This document shows, in pieces, positions 50,662-64,000 of a stretch of 64,000 nucleotides of DNA. This DNA comes from Octopus sinensis (Eukaryota), in contig NC_043002.1 of the NCBI RefSeq assembly GCF_006345805.1, positions 42,904,001-42,968,000 on the forward strand. Reading direction: 5' to 3'. The notes beneath the pieces are model-generated. The model searched no databases and was not told the origin of the DNA. It saw nothing but the letters and a program-made list of their open reading frames with translations. Position 1 is the first letter of the stretch. Every line of letters begins with the position of its first letter. The translations under genes and the position numbers were made by a program.

Positions 50662-52298
50662 TGGAGTTATAGAAGTAGCAGAAATTTATATCTATTTTTC
50701 TCTTTTATTCAAACACTAAATCTACAAGAGCACCTTCACATGGTAGCTTGACATGCTAGAAATAATAGTCAAATCGTCTTTAAATCATACCCACTCATCT
50801 TTAAAAGAAAAGGCAAAGGATACATTAAATAATGTAGTCCTAAATAAACTATACTCTTTTACTCTTTTACTTGTTTCAGTCATTTGACTGTGGCCTTGCT
50901 GGAGCACCACCTTTAGTCGAGCAAACTGACCCCAGGACTTATTCTTTGTAAGCCTAGTACTTTATTCTATCGGTCTCTTTTGCTGAACTGCTAAGTTACA
51001 GGGATGTAAACAAGGCTGTAAACACACCACCATCGATGTGAGTTTGATAGACAGAACCTGTGTGGAAACTCACACCTGAGACCATACCATCAGAACCAAA
51101 AACTTCAAAGCCACTAGAAGAGAAAAGGAAGAAATCAAATGACAGGAGAGAAAGGTCTTGCCAAAATCACCCTCGTCCTCCAACAACATAACCATAAAGT
51201 CAATGTCATGGACTCTTCTATGCAAGAATTGGTCTACAGAGTCATCAAGCAGCATCACCATAAAAGAAGCATTCAACAAAGAAGAAACTAAATTCTTTGA
51301 TACAAGATAAAGCCACACACACAAGTATGTATTATGTATGAATGTGTGTCTTTGGCTCTATGTTTGTCACCCCACCACTTAACAACTGGTGCTGGTTTGT
51401 TTACATCCCTTATCTTAGTGGTTTGCCAAAAGAGACCTGTAGAAGTATTTAAGTCAATTTGTTTGAAAAAATGTTTCATGGTACCTCAGAATGGTCGCAG
51501 GTCAGTAACTGAAACAAGGATAAATGTTTATATCGTTGATGCAAGACAATTTCCTAGATGAATGCAAAGCCTACCTATAAATGTATGCCTAACATATACA
51601 TATATAAATGAATGCAAATCTGATTTTAATATAAATCTTTCGTTTTCAATGAGACAGCTAGAAAGATATGGCTTTGATAGTTTTTTTTGTTTTTGTTTTT
51701 CTCTTTTTTGGCTTAAGTACCAGGAGTCATCATCACCTGCTAACCAGCTTTGATCTTAGGTCTGCTGTTCAATCAGAGCTGACCTGGAACTAAAACACTT
51801 TTTTTTTTCTTCATTTTTGTAAATATCACATTGTCTTCTCATCAATCATTCCTCACCTGTTTGATGCTTGCACAATGTCAAGATTAAAAAGATCAAACCT
51901 CAATAAAGCATTGTGTGTGTGTGCGCGCATGTGTGTGTGTGTGTGCGCGTGTGTGTGTGCCTGAGGACAAGAAATAAGCTGCTAATGAGCTGCGAGTGTG
52001 CCGATATTTAAATCACTTTGAGACTCGGTCACATTATCAGCTGCATCTTGTACAGATTTATTATCACCTGCTGCATGCTACAGGAAAAAGGTAACTAACT
52101 AAAATGAATAGAGACTGACCTATCATTACCCTGATGAAGCATTAAAAAACAATTATGAACTGTGAATTGATGGTAGGTAAGATGGCTGGTAACCAATGAA
52201 ACAATCCATTCATAACACTGTAACATTATTTTTGTCTTTTACTGTACTGCTAAGTTACAGGGATGTAAACACACCAGTTGTCAAGTGGTGGTGGACAA

Positions 52299-52369
<71 letters not shown>

Positions 52370-52984
52370 GCTTCTTTCAGTTTCTGTCTACCAAATCCAC
52401 TAACACAGTCTTGGTTGGCCCAAAGTTATAGGCTTAAAAGACATGTGCCCAAGGTGCCATGCAGTGGGACTGAACCCCAAACCATGTGGTTAGAAAGCAA
52501 GCTTCTTACTACACAGCCACACCTGCTCCTAGTGTGTGTGTGTATAAATATATAATTAATATAAAAAAAAACACAAGAAAAAACAACAATGCAAGGACAT
52601 GGTGCATGCAAAGTATTAACAGACACTCAGGGAAGGAAAGAAAGGGTGTCTTATGTTTCAAGCAAAGCTCTTCTTCGGAATCAGGAGACAGAGGAAAGTC
52701 CAAGAGAAAAAGAAGACGGAGGAAAAAAACTACCAACAATCCACATGTAGTTACACACACACTATCATATTCAAATTGAAAAAACTTCACAAACTGCTTT
52801 TCAGACTTTCATATAACTTATGTGAAACTGAGTAACATCTTTTAAAGATGAGTGGGTATGATTTGAGGACGATTTGACTATTATTTCTAGCATGTCAAGC
52901 TACCATGTGAAGGTGCTCTTGTAGATTTAGTGTTTGAATAAAAGAGAAAAATAGGTATAGATTTCTGCTACTTCTATAACTCCA
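50662..52984. repeat. 147-bp inverted duplication (50662-50808 versus 52838-52984)
   Basis: By manual alignment the reverse complement matches with 4 mismatches. Spacer of about 2.03 kb. Confidence 0.9.
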
Positions 52985-53147
52985 ATCTTAGTGGAATTTT
53001 TCAAATGTCATACAAAATACCTTGTGGTATTGACAGCTTATTACTCAGTTTTAATATAACACTATTTTACTCTACCTTTTGTATCTGAGTACTATTTCTC
53101 CTACCTTGTTTTTCACCTATGTGCTGACTTGTATGAGTATGCATATG

Positions 53148-53178
<31 letters not shown>

Positions 53179-54417
53179 GGTGTATGTAGATAGACAGACA
53201 GACTGATATATCCAAACAAGCTTCTTTTCGGTTTCCCCCAAGCAAGTTCACTTACAAGGCTTTGGTTGACTAAAGATACTTGCCTAAGGTGCCATGCAAT
53301 GGGACAATATTTATAGATATATGTACAGGTAGTGGTCAGAAGTCAAAGAAGCATTCCAGGAATATTTCACAAAATTACTAAAAGTCAGACATAAAGTCTA
53401 GCACATCCATCAAAAGTGGCACAACAGAAGAACTGGTTAGTGAGCAGGTGGTAGAACATAAAAACTGGTTCCATAGCTCATACTATTATTGTTGCAGCTC
53501 ATACTATTATTGTTGCAGCTAACAGATCACTATTTATTTTACTGATTTTGTAATCTCAAAACAGTTAATTTTGTAATCTCAAAACAATCTGTAAATGATA
53601 TTTTTAAAAATAGAAGTATCAGCCTCCGCTCTCCATGCCACTGATGTTATCCAAGGGAGAGGCAAAGGCTGATACAGCTTGGCACCTGTGACATTACAAC
53701 TCATTTCTTCAGCTGTGTGAAATGAAGCAACATGAAATAAAGTGTCTTACTCAAGAACATAACACACAGCCTGGTCCAGAAATTGAACTCACTTCCACAT
53801 GATTGTGAGTGTGACACTAACCACTGAACCATATATATATATATATATATATTAGGGGATCTGCAAGAACATGAATTTATATATAGGCAAATTCATCCAG
53901 TTGTCCAAGTTGTTCTTGTATTATTGAACTCGTTGAAATTATTATGCAATAGTTTTACTTTAAATAATCAATGTAACATCATCATTGTTTATATTCATGT
54001 TTTACAACTTGTTAAATTATCTATTTAACCCATATGTAGTTGAAACAGTTGTAACCAAGGAACACATGTGACACCTGTACCACCATTCTTTTGGTTACTT
54101 TATATATGCATATATATATATATATATATATGTATTTAAGTCACAATATATGGATTCAAGTAATCTGGTAGTACTCATTAAAAAAACTCCTTAATGTATC
54201 ATTCTACAAAGACTTTCTTTCACCTGAGGACATAGCTTAAATTCTGCTATATTTTGAGGAATTTTTTGCATTAATAAAGACATGTAAGTAATTCATTGAT
54301 TATTAAATATAATAATATAAATTATTTACATGTTTTTAAGCTATAAAACAATTTGCCATGATATTAGAATTTTCTTATTGTTAAATAAAATTTCATCAAA
54401 CTATTTCTGTCATTTGT

Positions 54418-54498
<81 letters not shown>

Positions 54499-54566
54499 TA
54501 GGGAGTATAGCTCCAAACTTATAGGGAAAAATTAGATTTAGTATTAAATCAAATTTCACAGTATAA

Positions 54567-54741
54567 ATATATAAAATATGAATTAGAGATAAAACCACTA
54601 TTAGGCAACTCAAACAGTGATAGACATAGACCAATATATATATATATATCATATTGATTATATTTATATTATTTGTTATTTATGTATTGGTCTATGTCTA
54701 TCACTGTTTGAGTTGCCTAATAGTAGTTTTATCTTTAATTC

Positions 54742-54754
<13 letters not shown>
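54567..54754. repeat. Near-perfect hairpin with arms of about 68 bp, embedded in (TA)n
   Basis: ATATGAATTAGAGATAAAACCACTATTAGGCAACTCAAACAGTGATAGACATAGACCAATA versus its reverse complement at 54685-54754, with 2 mismatches. Confidence 0.9.
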
Positions 54755-54784
<30 letters not shown>

Positions 54785-57269
54785 GCACACACATTAAAGT
54801 GTGTATGTATGTAAGCTGTTCAATTGGTTGGGTTGCTAGAGTTATATGATTGCTTTATATAATCCTTGTGGCTCTCTAAGGCCACCTTTGCCTTTGGTCT
54901 TCCTCACACATTGGTAACCTATCAGTCCTCTATTAGAGTTGATACTTCTCATTCCTCCACTCTTTCTTTCTGCCTGCCTTTCTCTATTCTGTTAAAACAT
55001 GGGCTGTAGCCAGACCTGAAGACGGATGAACTCCCCTAGATGCTAAAAATGCCCAAGCACACTGCATCTCACTATGGCACCTCTTCAATTCCATCAAGGA
55101 GTAGAGAGCCCAAGGCAGCATTTCTTAACTGGGATCCATATAAGATTTTCTTGGTAAAATTTACCTGCAATATATTCGTTATACTTCTACAATATATAAT
55201 CTTTTTTTACACATGCCAGCAGGTAAAGTGGATGTTAAATGACCATGATGATGACGTTTTAATATTTAATTATCAAAACATGATTTTTAAAACATCAGAT
55301 GTCTAGGAGGGTTCATTCAAGTCAAATGGGAATCAGTGGGATCCATGGGTAAAAAAATGGTCGAGAAACCCTGAACCAAGGTAAGGTATATATATATTAA
55401 TATATACACATATCACTGTAAAGTGGTTGGTTTAGGAAGGGCATCCAGCCATAGAAACCATGTCAAAGCTGACAGTGGAACTCACCAAATCCTGTCAAAC
55501 CATGCAACTCATGTGAGCAAGGGAAATGGATGTTAAATGATGATGATTACACCCCCCCACACACACACACACACATGCACAATAATTGAAAATTTTTAAT
55601 ACATTAGATTGCTTTCAACACAAGCATTTTTCTTTCTTTGTTTAAAAGTTGTTATCATTCAATATAGCAAATACTCTTTTATAAATAACTTCAAAACGAT
55701 ACAAATTTTCTCTCTCTCTCTCTCTCTCACACACGATATTTAGCTAAATAACTGAGTTAATCTCACGCCATTCTTCAAAAATATTTTATGCATGTCACAC
55801 AGCCCATGAAAAAGCAAGACATCAAGGATCTGTGTTTCTAGAACCTCAACAGGAAACACATCATGTTCTTCACAAATAATTGCATTTCTTCAATAACCCC
55901 CAAAAAACAAGTTGGCTTTTCTTAATTTATTTTTTTTAATTATGTAACCAATGTTACTAAGGTCTCAGCTTTTATAACATGTGACATCTCCTTTCAAAAG
56001 AAACATTAAACAGAGAGTTTTTGTTGTGTTAAAGTAGAGGTCAGCAGGTTCTTGGAGCATATGAAAGGCTGTATGATTATAGAAAGCAGTAAAAAAAAAA
56101 CTTTCTTACATAAAAAGAAGCAACAGATTTAGGTTTGTTTATTCATTGTGATTTCTAACATTGGACACAAGGTCACATATATGGTGAAGAGAAGGTTAGT
56201 TAATGAAAATGAACCCAAGAACTTGACTGGTACTTTATTTTCCATCTCTGGAGAGATGAAAGGCAAAATTGAGTTCACTGAGATTTGAATTTAGAATGTA
56301 AAGGGCTGGAGTTAAATGCTGCAAAGCAGTTTGTCTCTTGCTCTATCAATTCCGCCAATCCAATTCTCTAGTCAGGTCAGTGTTTCTCAACCTTTTTACC
56401 CTTGCATAACCCTTAAAATAAATTACATGTCTCAAGGAACCCCTGCACAAAAAAATTATATACTATATCTTTCTTATATTTTTCATCATAGTTCGCATGG
56501 TAAATATTATTTATATATTTATATATAGACTTGTTTTTTTATAATTTTCCCAAGTTCAAATTTCTTTAAGATCAATCTTGTTGTCCTGTATTTCAGCATT
56601 CCAAACTTGATCAACTAAATAGCAGTAATATACTTGTAAGTTAATTCAATTGACTATCCTTCTCATATACAAAAATTTACTACTTGCTAAGTATTATGCT
56701 TAGTCACTTTTAACAAAAATGTTTTGATTATTCTTCTCTAAACTATATACATTAAATGGTTTCAAATATATAATGGGTTTTTTACCAGGCATTGTCAAAA
56801 ATGCATTAGAGAGCTTGCAATAAATTTATTTTGTTGCATTTTATTTATTTTTTTGCAATAGATTAATTGCATTTTTCTTTTGTCGCAATAAATAATTGCA
56901 ATTAATTGCAATAAATTGTAATGCTCTCCAGAAAACCCCCTTGTAAAATTTTATGCATCCAAAAGTGTCATTTTTTGCAAAAATAACAGTACATTTCTAA
57001 AGAAAGCTTTACTTTCTCAATTTTGATTGATCTATTTCTTTGCTGTCCAAAAGATGTTTGGATCACCCACAATTTTCTAGAAATTCTTATACTGCCTGCC
57101 AGAATAACAAAATCGACCACCAATGTGTGATATGACCTAGGATGGAAAAACATGCCTACAACATGCCCCTTAGGGCCCATACCACCCCAATCAAGACAGA
57201 AAAAATGTATGAATGGTAAACAGATGGTTTCATACTATTAGCAATTACAATGAGTATGCATTTAACAAT

Positions 57270-57930
57270 TTACATGAGGGGACTGGATGAAACGATATGC
57301 AAAACAAGTTCATTATCCCAAAGATGGTCATTTACTCTTAAAAACAGTTGCATCTACAGATATACGGGTGATAATTGATGTCTTGTATCATCGAATGCAT
57401 TCACTGCTCCACTGAAGAACTTTTCAACCAAGTTAGTCATTGGCAAAATGAATGCTGTATTAATATAACGTGGTTGGCTGACACCCATCTCGCTTTGATG
57501 CTTTTTGAGGACATTGCAAGTGAAGTTGTCTGATTCAACCGTTTCTTGTTCTGGTGTACTGGGCAGCTTTAAGCTTACAACAGATTCCTTTTCATCTGCA
57601 GTCAGCTCACTGGCTTTTTGATTTTGTATTTTTACCACAGACTTCTCAAACAAAGGGAATTGGATGATTTATGTGTTGGCACTGAGATATTTCTGCATGG
57701 AGGGGTATAACTGGATCGTTTTGTCGAAGAGGCATTGAACATCAGCCAGGGTGATATCTTCTCACTGAAGAGCTGATGTGACTGAGTTAAGCTTTTTTAG
57801 ATGTGAGTGGAGTTGAGATAGCTGTGGACTTTCTCTGGCAGTTGGAATAAAGTCCATTAGTTGGTGATTGTCCGCAACCATTTTGGCAGTGCTGGACCAT
57901 CTCGTGTCATTCTTTGTAACAGGTCAAAGA
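57270..57930 (-). pseudogene. hAT-like transposase C-terminal fragment with in-frame stops
   Basis: Single frame: PVTKNDTRWSSTAKM...LNSVTSALQ*EDITLADVQCLFD...FPLFEKSVVKIQ...FILPMTNLVEKFFSGA...DTRHQLSPVYL*MQLFLRVNDHLWD. It has the TRWSST motif and a hAT dimerisation-domain-like 'S...ER.FS...R..L.P' region. Confidence 0.8.
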
Positions 57931-59957
57931 GTTGGAAGGGTCAACTTCAGTGAAGAATAACTTGATAATCTTTTGGGAATCCATGGACACGGTTGTGATC
58001 AGCACGGGTAAATACGTTGTGCTGTTTGTGGTGCTATGGGTTATGATGAGCTATCTGGTGTTGGCAGAGAGGATTGCAGATGAGGTAAATGGAAGTGAAG
58101 ATTGCAGGGGCTGGTGGAAGAGCCACGGGGGCATGCGTGGGCAAAAAGCATGTGGGGCAGTTCGATGAGAGCCGGGAGCGTGCAAGGATGTGCTTTTTTC
58201 TTGACTGATCGCTCATCCCGCCTAGATCCACAGGTAAGGTCTCTGTATTTCTTTCTCCCTTTTGACCAATTAATTTTTGACAACCCCTGGGTTTTTCAAT
58301 ATTTGCCAATCTCTTTCCATTAACGAACATGTTTTTTTTCTTTCAAATAACTTAAAGAGTTTGTCACAGTTAAGGTAATAATTTACAGTCCATTGATTAT
58401 GGAGCAAGATATATCTCTGCCTTTGAATTCAAATTAGTCATTGCTACATTTAAACAGACTGGTTGGTATGTATCATACTACTTTCAAACATTAAGTTGCA
58501 AACAACTGGTTGGCCAGAAAATTTTAAAATTTATTCTTTTTATCATTATCATCATGAATGCTGAAATTTGTTTTTTTAAATGGCTTGGGCACAAGAAAAC
58601 TGGCAGCACCCAAGGATCATTCAAAGGATTCCATGACTGGCGAGAAAAACAAGAGAAAACCATCCTCAGACAGACAATCTAGAGTAAATGTTTACAACAG
58701 AGTCGTGGACTCTCCTGTCATAGGCAACAAATACGGGTTCTGCAATTTCTTACTAAACAACCTGTGTAGATAATACTTGAAAATAGTGATCAAGTGTTTG
58801 TGTAGCACATTGGCTCTACCTCCATCAAACTGACACTGCCTGTATAGGTACATGGTGTGCCACACATCAGATGTTGAAGTGACCACAGAGCAACATGAAC
58901 TGAAGTGTTTTGCTCCAAAACACAACATACAACCCAGTCTAAGAATATCAAAACCTGTGATTTCTTGATTGTGAATGCAACATCCTAAACACTGGGTCAC
59001 ATGCCCTCACTGCATCAGAGCAGATATACTCCAATAAAATCACAGAAAGACCAGGTGGTGCTGCTAAACCAGGTAATTGATAAAGTCACAAACAGGAACA
59101 GTCCCTCCAAAGGACTTCCATTTAGTTTTCATCTACCAAATTCAACCCACGAGGCATTGGGTCAATCTAAGGCTAAAGAGTAGAAGGTACTTGTTCAAGG
59201 GTTTAACTAGTGGGATCAGATCTAAAAGCATTTAGTTGCAAATGAAGCAAACTTCTTAACTCCATAACTGCATCCATGGGTATTCCAGCTGTAATCATCC
59301 TATTTTTTGCCGTTCTCTTTATGGAAAATTTTAGGTTGTGATATAAAGGGGATTTGACTGCTATTTCATGCAGTATGGGCAACCATATATATATGCTCAC
59401 TCATCAACTCATCAAGTATGTTGTGAGAAGGAAATTTTAACATTTTAGGCATATGTGTTGAATTTGTTCTTTTAAATGAAAACTCCTGTGCAAAATACTA
59501 GAATACCTGTACAAGTCAGTCAGTTTGATTTTTCATGTATGAAATGTCTTTTTTCTTTTTTCTTTTTTTTTTTGCCATTTGTTGCAGTTGTCACATCAAA
59601 TGAACAGTAAATATAAAAATGACAAATTGGGTCTGTAATCCAATTCTTAAGTTCTTAAGTTTTTAAATTTGTGCCATTTTGAAATAGTACAATGGTCGGC
59701 GTTAGGAAGGGCATCCAGCTGTAGAAACTCTGCCAAATCAGGATTCGAGCCTGGTGCAGCCATTGGGTGCGCCAGCCCTCAGTTAAAATCGTCCAACCTA
59801 TGCTAGCATGGAAAGTGGACGTTAAACGATGATGATGATGATGATGAAAATATCAAATATCTCAGAATCATTAATATGAAATTATTTTCATTCTATATTT
59901 TAAGCCTTATTGCTTAAAAAGGAGATTTTTATGAATATATGCAATTAGTGTGAATGT

Positions 59958-59997
<40 letters not shown>

Positions 59998-60672
59998 ATA
60001 TATATATAAATTATTTGTATGAATGACAATGTTTCTACCAATTAATTTTCATCAAATGACAAGTAGACAGAAAGCTAGAAGTGAATTCTTAGAATGTGTC
60101 TGTATATGTGTGTATCTATCATCATGTTTTTTTTTTTTTTTTTTTTTTTTATTTTTTACAATGTACTTGTGTCTGATCTACCATCATTATAATTTTTACT
60201 TATTTTTCCACATTCATATGGGTTGGACAGATTCTTCTCTAGCACAGCATCATAACTTGTGGTCTCTTGTCATTGCCTTCACGAAGTCCTGAGCCCTGCT
60301 TATTAGCACTTCCCACATCCTCCTAGTTCTTTTTCTTCTGAAAGTTCCATCCACTTAGATCACCAGGCATTTCTTTAACTAACTGTCATTCCGCAAACTC
60401 AAACCATACCATACCATACCAAACACAGTCTCTATTCTTGAGCATTGCATCTGATACCGCCTAATTTTTCTCTTAGTCCATTTGTGATTTATCATTTGCC
60501 ATCATTTTTATGTTCACTACATCATGTGCCCAAGAAAGCATGTTTACCTTTATGTATGTATGTATATACACACATACTCTTGTTTAAATGTGTATATGTA
60601 TGTATATTTGTGTGTGTAACCTACTTCTTTTCTTTTTCTTATATCTATGTAAGCAAGTTTTAAAACCGGTAA

Positions 60673-61059
60673 TCTCTCTCTATATAAACGGCAGTTTGTC
60701 TGTGCGTGTTTCTGTGTGTCTGTTTTCTCGTACCCTCACCCTGACCACGGCTTTCAACCGATTCTGATGAAACTTGGCACACACATAGCCCAATGTCATA
60801 ATTCAAAACTAACGCAGCGAAAATTTTGAAAAGTTCCCCCAGTTCTGAAAAAAATCGATAAATTCGACATGGGGTCGAGAATAAAAAAAAACAAACCACA
60901 GACTGTCTAGGGGACGCAACTCAACCTTTTTTTACTCTCAAAAAAAAATTTACCATCATTTTTTTTCCATTTTTTTGCTATTTTTTGGCTATAACTCTCT
61001 AAAAATGCTTTATAGTTATTTCCCTTACAAACCTGAGCAACGCCGGGCGATACTGCTAG
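60673..61059 (+). mobile_element. Non-autonomous Helitron-like element
   Basis: A|TCTCTCTCTATATAAACGGCAG ... subterminal CCTGAGCAACGCCGGG hairpin ... CTAG|T, i.e. inserted between A and T with no TSD. Confidence 0.75.
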
Positions 61060-63359
61060 TAGTGAATAAATATTTTGTTTCTGTTCTCAGTCCATCGAAT
61101 TACTTGTACCATTAAACATTTACCTGGACAAACCAAGGAAAACAACAAGCATGAACAGATGGTCCCTCCATAATTAAAACAGCTGTACGAAAGTTTTTAA
61201 AACACTTAGCAGTGCAGCAAAAGAGATCAATAGAATAAGTACCAGGCTTAACAAAAAATAAGTACTGGGTTCAATTCATTCGATTAAAAAAATTGTTTGA
61301 GGCTGTGCCCCAGCATGGCCACAGTCTGATGGCTGAAACAAATTAAAGATAAAAGATAAAAAGTTAACTCATCAAAATCTCAAAGCTACAAGATAATGCA
61401 GGATTAATTCAAACCAATGTGAATAAAAGCATCACTTTTGATAGAATCATGTGAATGCTAAAGGTTAAAATAGCTGCCATATATGCATGCTTCTGAGACA
61501 AGCATGATTGCATGGTTAAAAGTTTACTTCTAAACCAGCTGGTTTTGAGTTCAGTCCCATTCTGTGGCACCTAGGAAAAAGGTCTTTGACTGACTACAGA
61601 ACCAAGTCAACTGAAGCTTTGTTAGTGAATTTGGTAAATGGAAACTGAAAGAAGCCCAGCACAGGCATGGTTGTATGGTTAAAAAGTTCATTTCTGAACC
61701 ACCTGGTTCCAAGTTCAATCCCATTCTGTGACACCTAGGGAAAATGTCTGACTGACTATAGCCACTGGCCAACCAAAACTTTGTGAGAGGATCTGGTAGA
61801 TGGAAACTGAAAGAAACCCATCGTGTGTGTGTGTGTGTGTGTTTGCTCCCTTGTCTTAACATTGGAAGAGAGATTTTTATGTGTAGCTATCATACAAGTG
61901 GTGACATTCATTTCTGATCCTCTGTGAAAACAAATGCAGACATGGGGGAATATTACCTTGCTTGAAAATAAGCGAGGGCTAGTGACAAGAAGGGCATCTG
62001 ACCATAGGAAATCTACTTTGCTGGATTTTGCTTGACCAATGCAAACATGAAATAGAAAATCTGCTTCACTGGATTTTGCTTGACCCATGCAAGCATGAAT
62101 AAAACTAACATGAAACTACTGATGATGATGATGTGGTTTTAATGACATTGTATGTAGTATAATATTTATTCCAATAAAAGTATTGGAATTGATATTTTAA
62201 GATTGCTAGCAGAAATATGCAAATTCAGATCCAAAAGATATGCAACTAAATCAAAACAACTGAAGGTGTGTGTGTGTGTGCATGTGCATGCGTGCAAATG
62301 GAATGCCAAGCAAGAGATAACTAGATATTTTAAAATAAATAGATGGACAGTTATATAAATAATGAAAGAGCAAGATAACTTTTGTAGCCATACCTCTTTA
62401 GATAGAATGAACAGCCTTTAAATACAATCCAAGAAACATCTGAGAACAACGGTACAGAAATAAGTACGTTTCATAGAACAGTTAATGTAGGCAGTGAGAC
62501 TTTGAAATGCACACTATAGGCCTTCGTATATCATCATCATTGTTATCACTGCTTGTTCTTGTTTATCTTAGAAGCAAGGATTTAGTTGAACAGCAAAGGG
62601 CAAACAAATGAATAGCTTCAGCTACCAACACACAAAACATGACATATATAATATGTATGTATGTATGTATGTGTGTACATACTCGCACACAGACAGATAT
62701 GGACCATACGCACACTTCACTTGCATATGCAATGGACTATTTACTCTAAACAAACCTGCTACAACAATGGCAGTTATCTGCCTTCAACAGATGATCTTTA
62801 ATACAAACCTATTTATGTCTGATTCACAGTATTGTTAACACAAAACCATAATTGTCAGCTTCATCGGACAGTCAGAGGGGATTTTTATGAAAATTCAACA
62901 ATTGGTTGAGAAAGTGAAATGTTTAAGTAAGCAGATATGTATTTGCAGCTCCTTAACAAAAAAAAAAAGTGTCTCTCTGATAAATAAATATCTCTCAATG
63001 TCAATAATAACACAGACATACATGTACATATCTTTTATCTTTTACCTGTTTCAGTCATTAGACTGCAGCCATGCTGGGGCACTGCCTTGAAGGTTTTAGT
63101 TGAACAAATCAATCCCAGAACTTTTTTTTTCTTTCTAAGCCTGGTACTTATTTTATCAGTTACCTTTTACTGAACTGCCAAGTTACAGGATATAAACAAG
63201 CCAACAACACTTGTCAAATGTTGGTTGAGATCAGACTCAAATATAAAGACACACATGCATATAAATGTGTGTGTGTGTGTGCTCACACAAACACACACAT
63301 ATATGGCACATACACTCATACATAAATACAGATGCATATATACACACGCACACACACAC

Positions 63360-63395
<36 letters not shown>

Positions 63396-64000
63396 GTACG
63401 CACATACACATATATGCACACAACACATATACACACATATATTGGCTGGGATTTTCAACTGATTATACCTACTCTGTCAGCAGAGTGTTTATTGTACCAT
63501 CAAAAGTAGAGAATATCTTGCAAGATATACAAACCAATTCTACTCTCTGAAACCTTAATTTGCTGTCATTGATTTTTGAGACAAATTTGCCTTCATGGGG
63601 ACCATTCAAGTTGCACCAACTCAGTGGTTTTGGATTGCACTAATTAAATTTCTTTGATGTTTTCAACTTCCTAGAGAATTCTAAAGTAGTTTGGATTGAA
63701 TAATAAACATGTACAATGAAATTTATGAATCCTGAAATTCATATATTTTTGGCACATGTTTCCCAGTGAGCATAATCAGGATAATGAAATAAATGGTTAA
63801 TGTCCTTTTTAGTACTCCATGTATTATGTATGATCTTATTCACTTGTTGAGTGGTTTCATGAATAAAGGACATTGGATTACAAAGGAATATATCTGCAAC
63901 TATTTTTGTAGCTAGTGTCAGCAATATGGCCCTTAAGTGCCTATATTAAAGTCTGGGAGAATCTCAGTCTTGCCAAGGACAGGACAACCTTTCCTGATAC

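Noticed and set aside
51060-51310. Possible LTR-retrotransposon integrase tail (HLRP motif)
   Set aside because: Only one short motif, with stops, and no LTRs.
52056-52090. Plus-strand 35-nt micro-exon (tacAG ... AAG|GTaac) near CAGCTG/CACCTG E-boxes
   Set aside because: Weak pyrimidine tract, not frame-preserving, and no partner exons found.
57932-58330. GC-richer overlapping ORFs next to the transposase relic
   Set aside because: Possibly a LINE 3' fragment, but the motifs are too degraded to assign; not continuous with the transposase frame.
63739-63924. 61-aa minus-strand ORF at the window end
   Set aside because: No recognisable domain or splice signals.

Overview
Eukaryotic, AT-rich, repeat-dense and almost entirely non-coding DNA. 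The SINE/MITE families and abundant (TA)n/(CA)n/(GA)n tracts suggest a coleoid cephalopod such as octopus; this is inference from repeat style, not a database result. Only one convincing host exon is visible: 7484-7806 on the minus strand, which ends in the start of a PH-domain-like sequence. The rest consists of at least five SINE/retroposon families, decayed LINE fragments (CR1-, RTE-, Tx1/L1- and Ingi/Vingi-like), a hAT-like transposase pseudogene, MITEs (mariner, Tigger/pogo, piggyBac, hAT), two Helitron-like elements, a 2.6-kb GA-rich satellite and several long inverted repeats. A CpG-retaining domain at about 26.3-39.3 kb lies between CpG-depleted flanks and may be a promoter or intergenic zone. 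Nearly all ORFs in the supplied track are repeat artefacts. I found no clear novel protein-coding system. The best leads are a LINE/SINE pair sharing a 3' tail, a retroposon carrying an internal hairpin-repeat array, a 147-bp inverted duplication with one-directional mismatches, and dsRNA-forming foldbacks.
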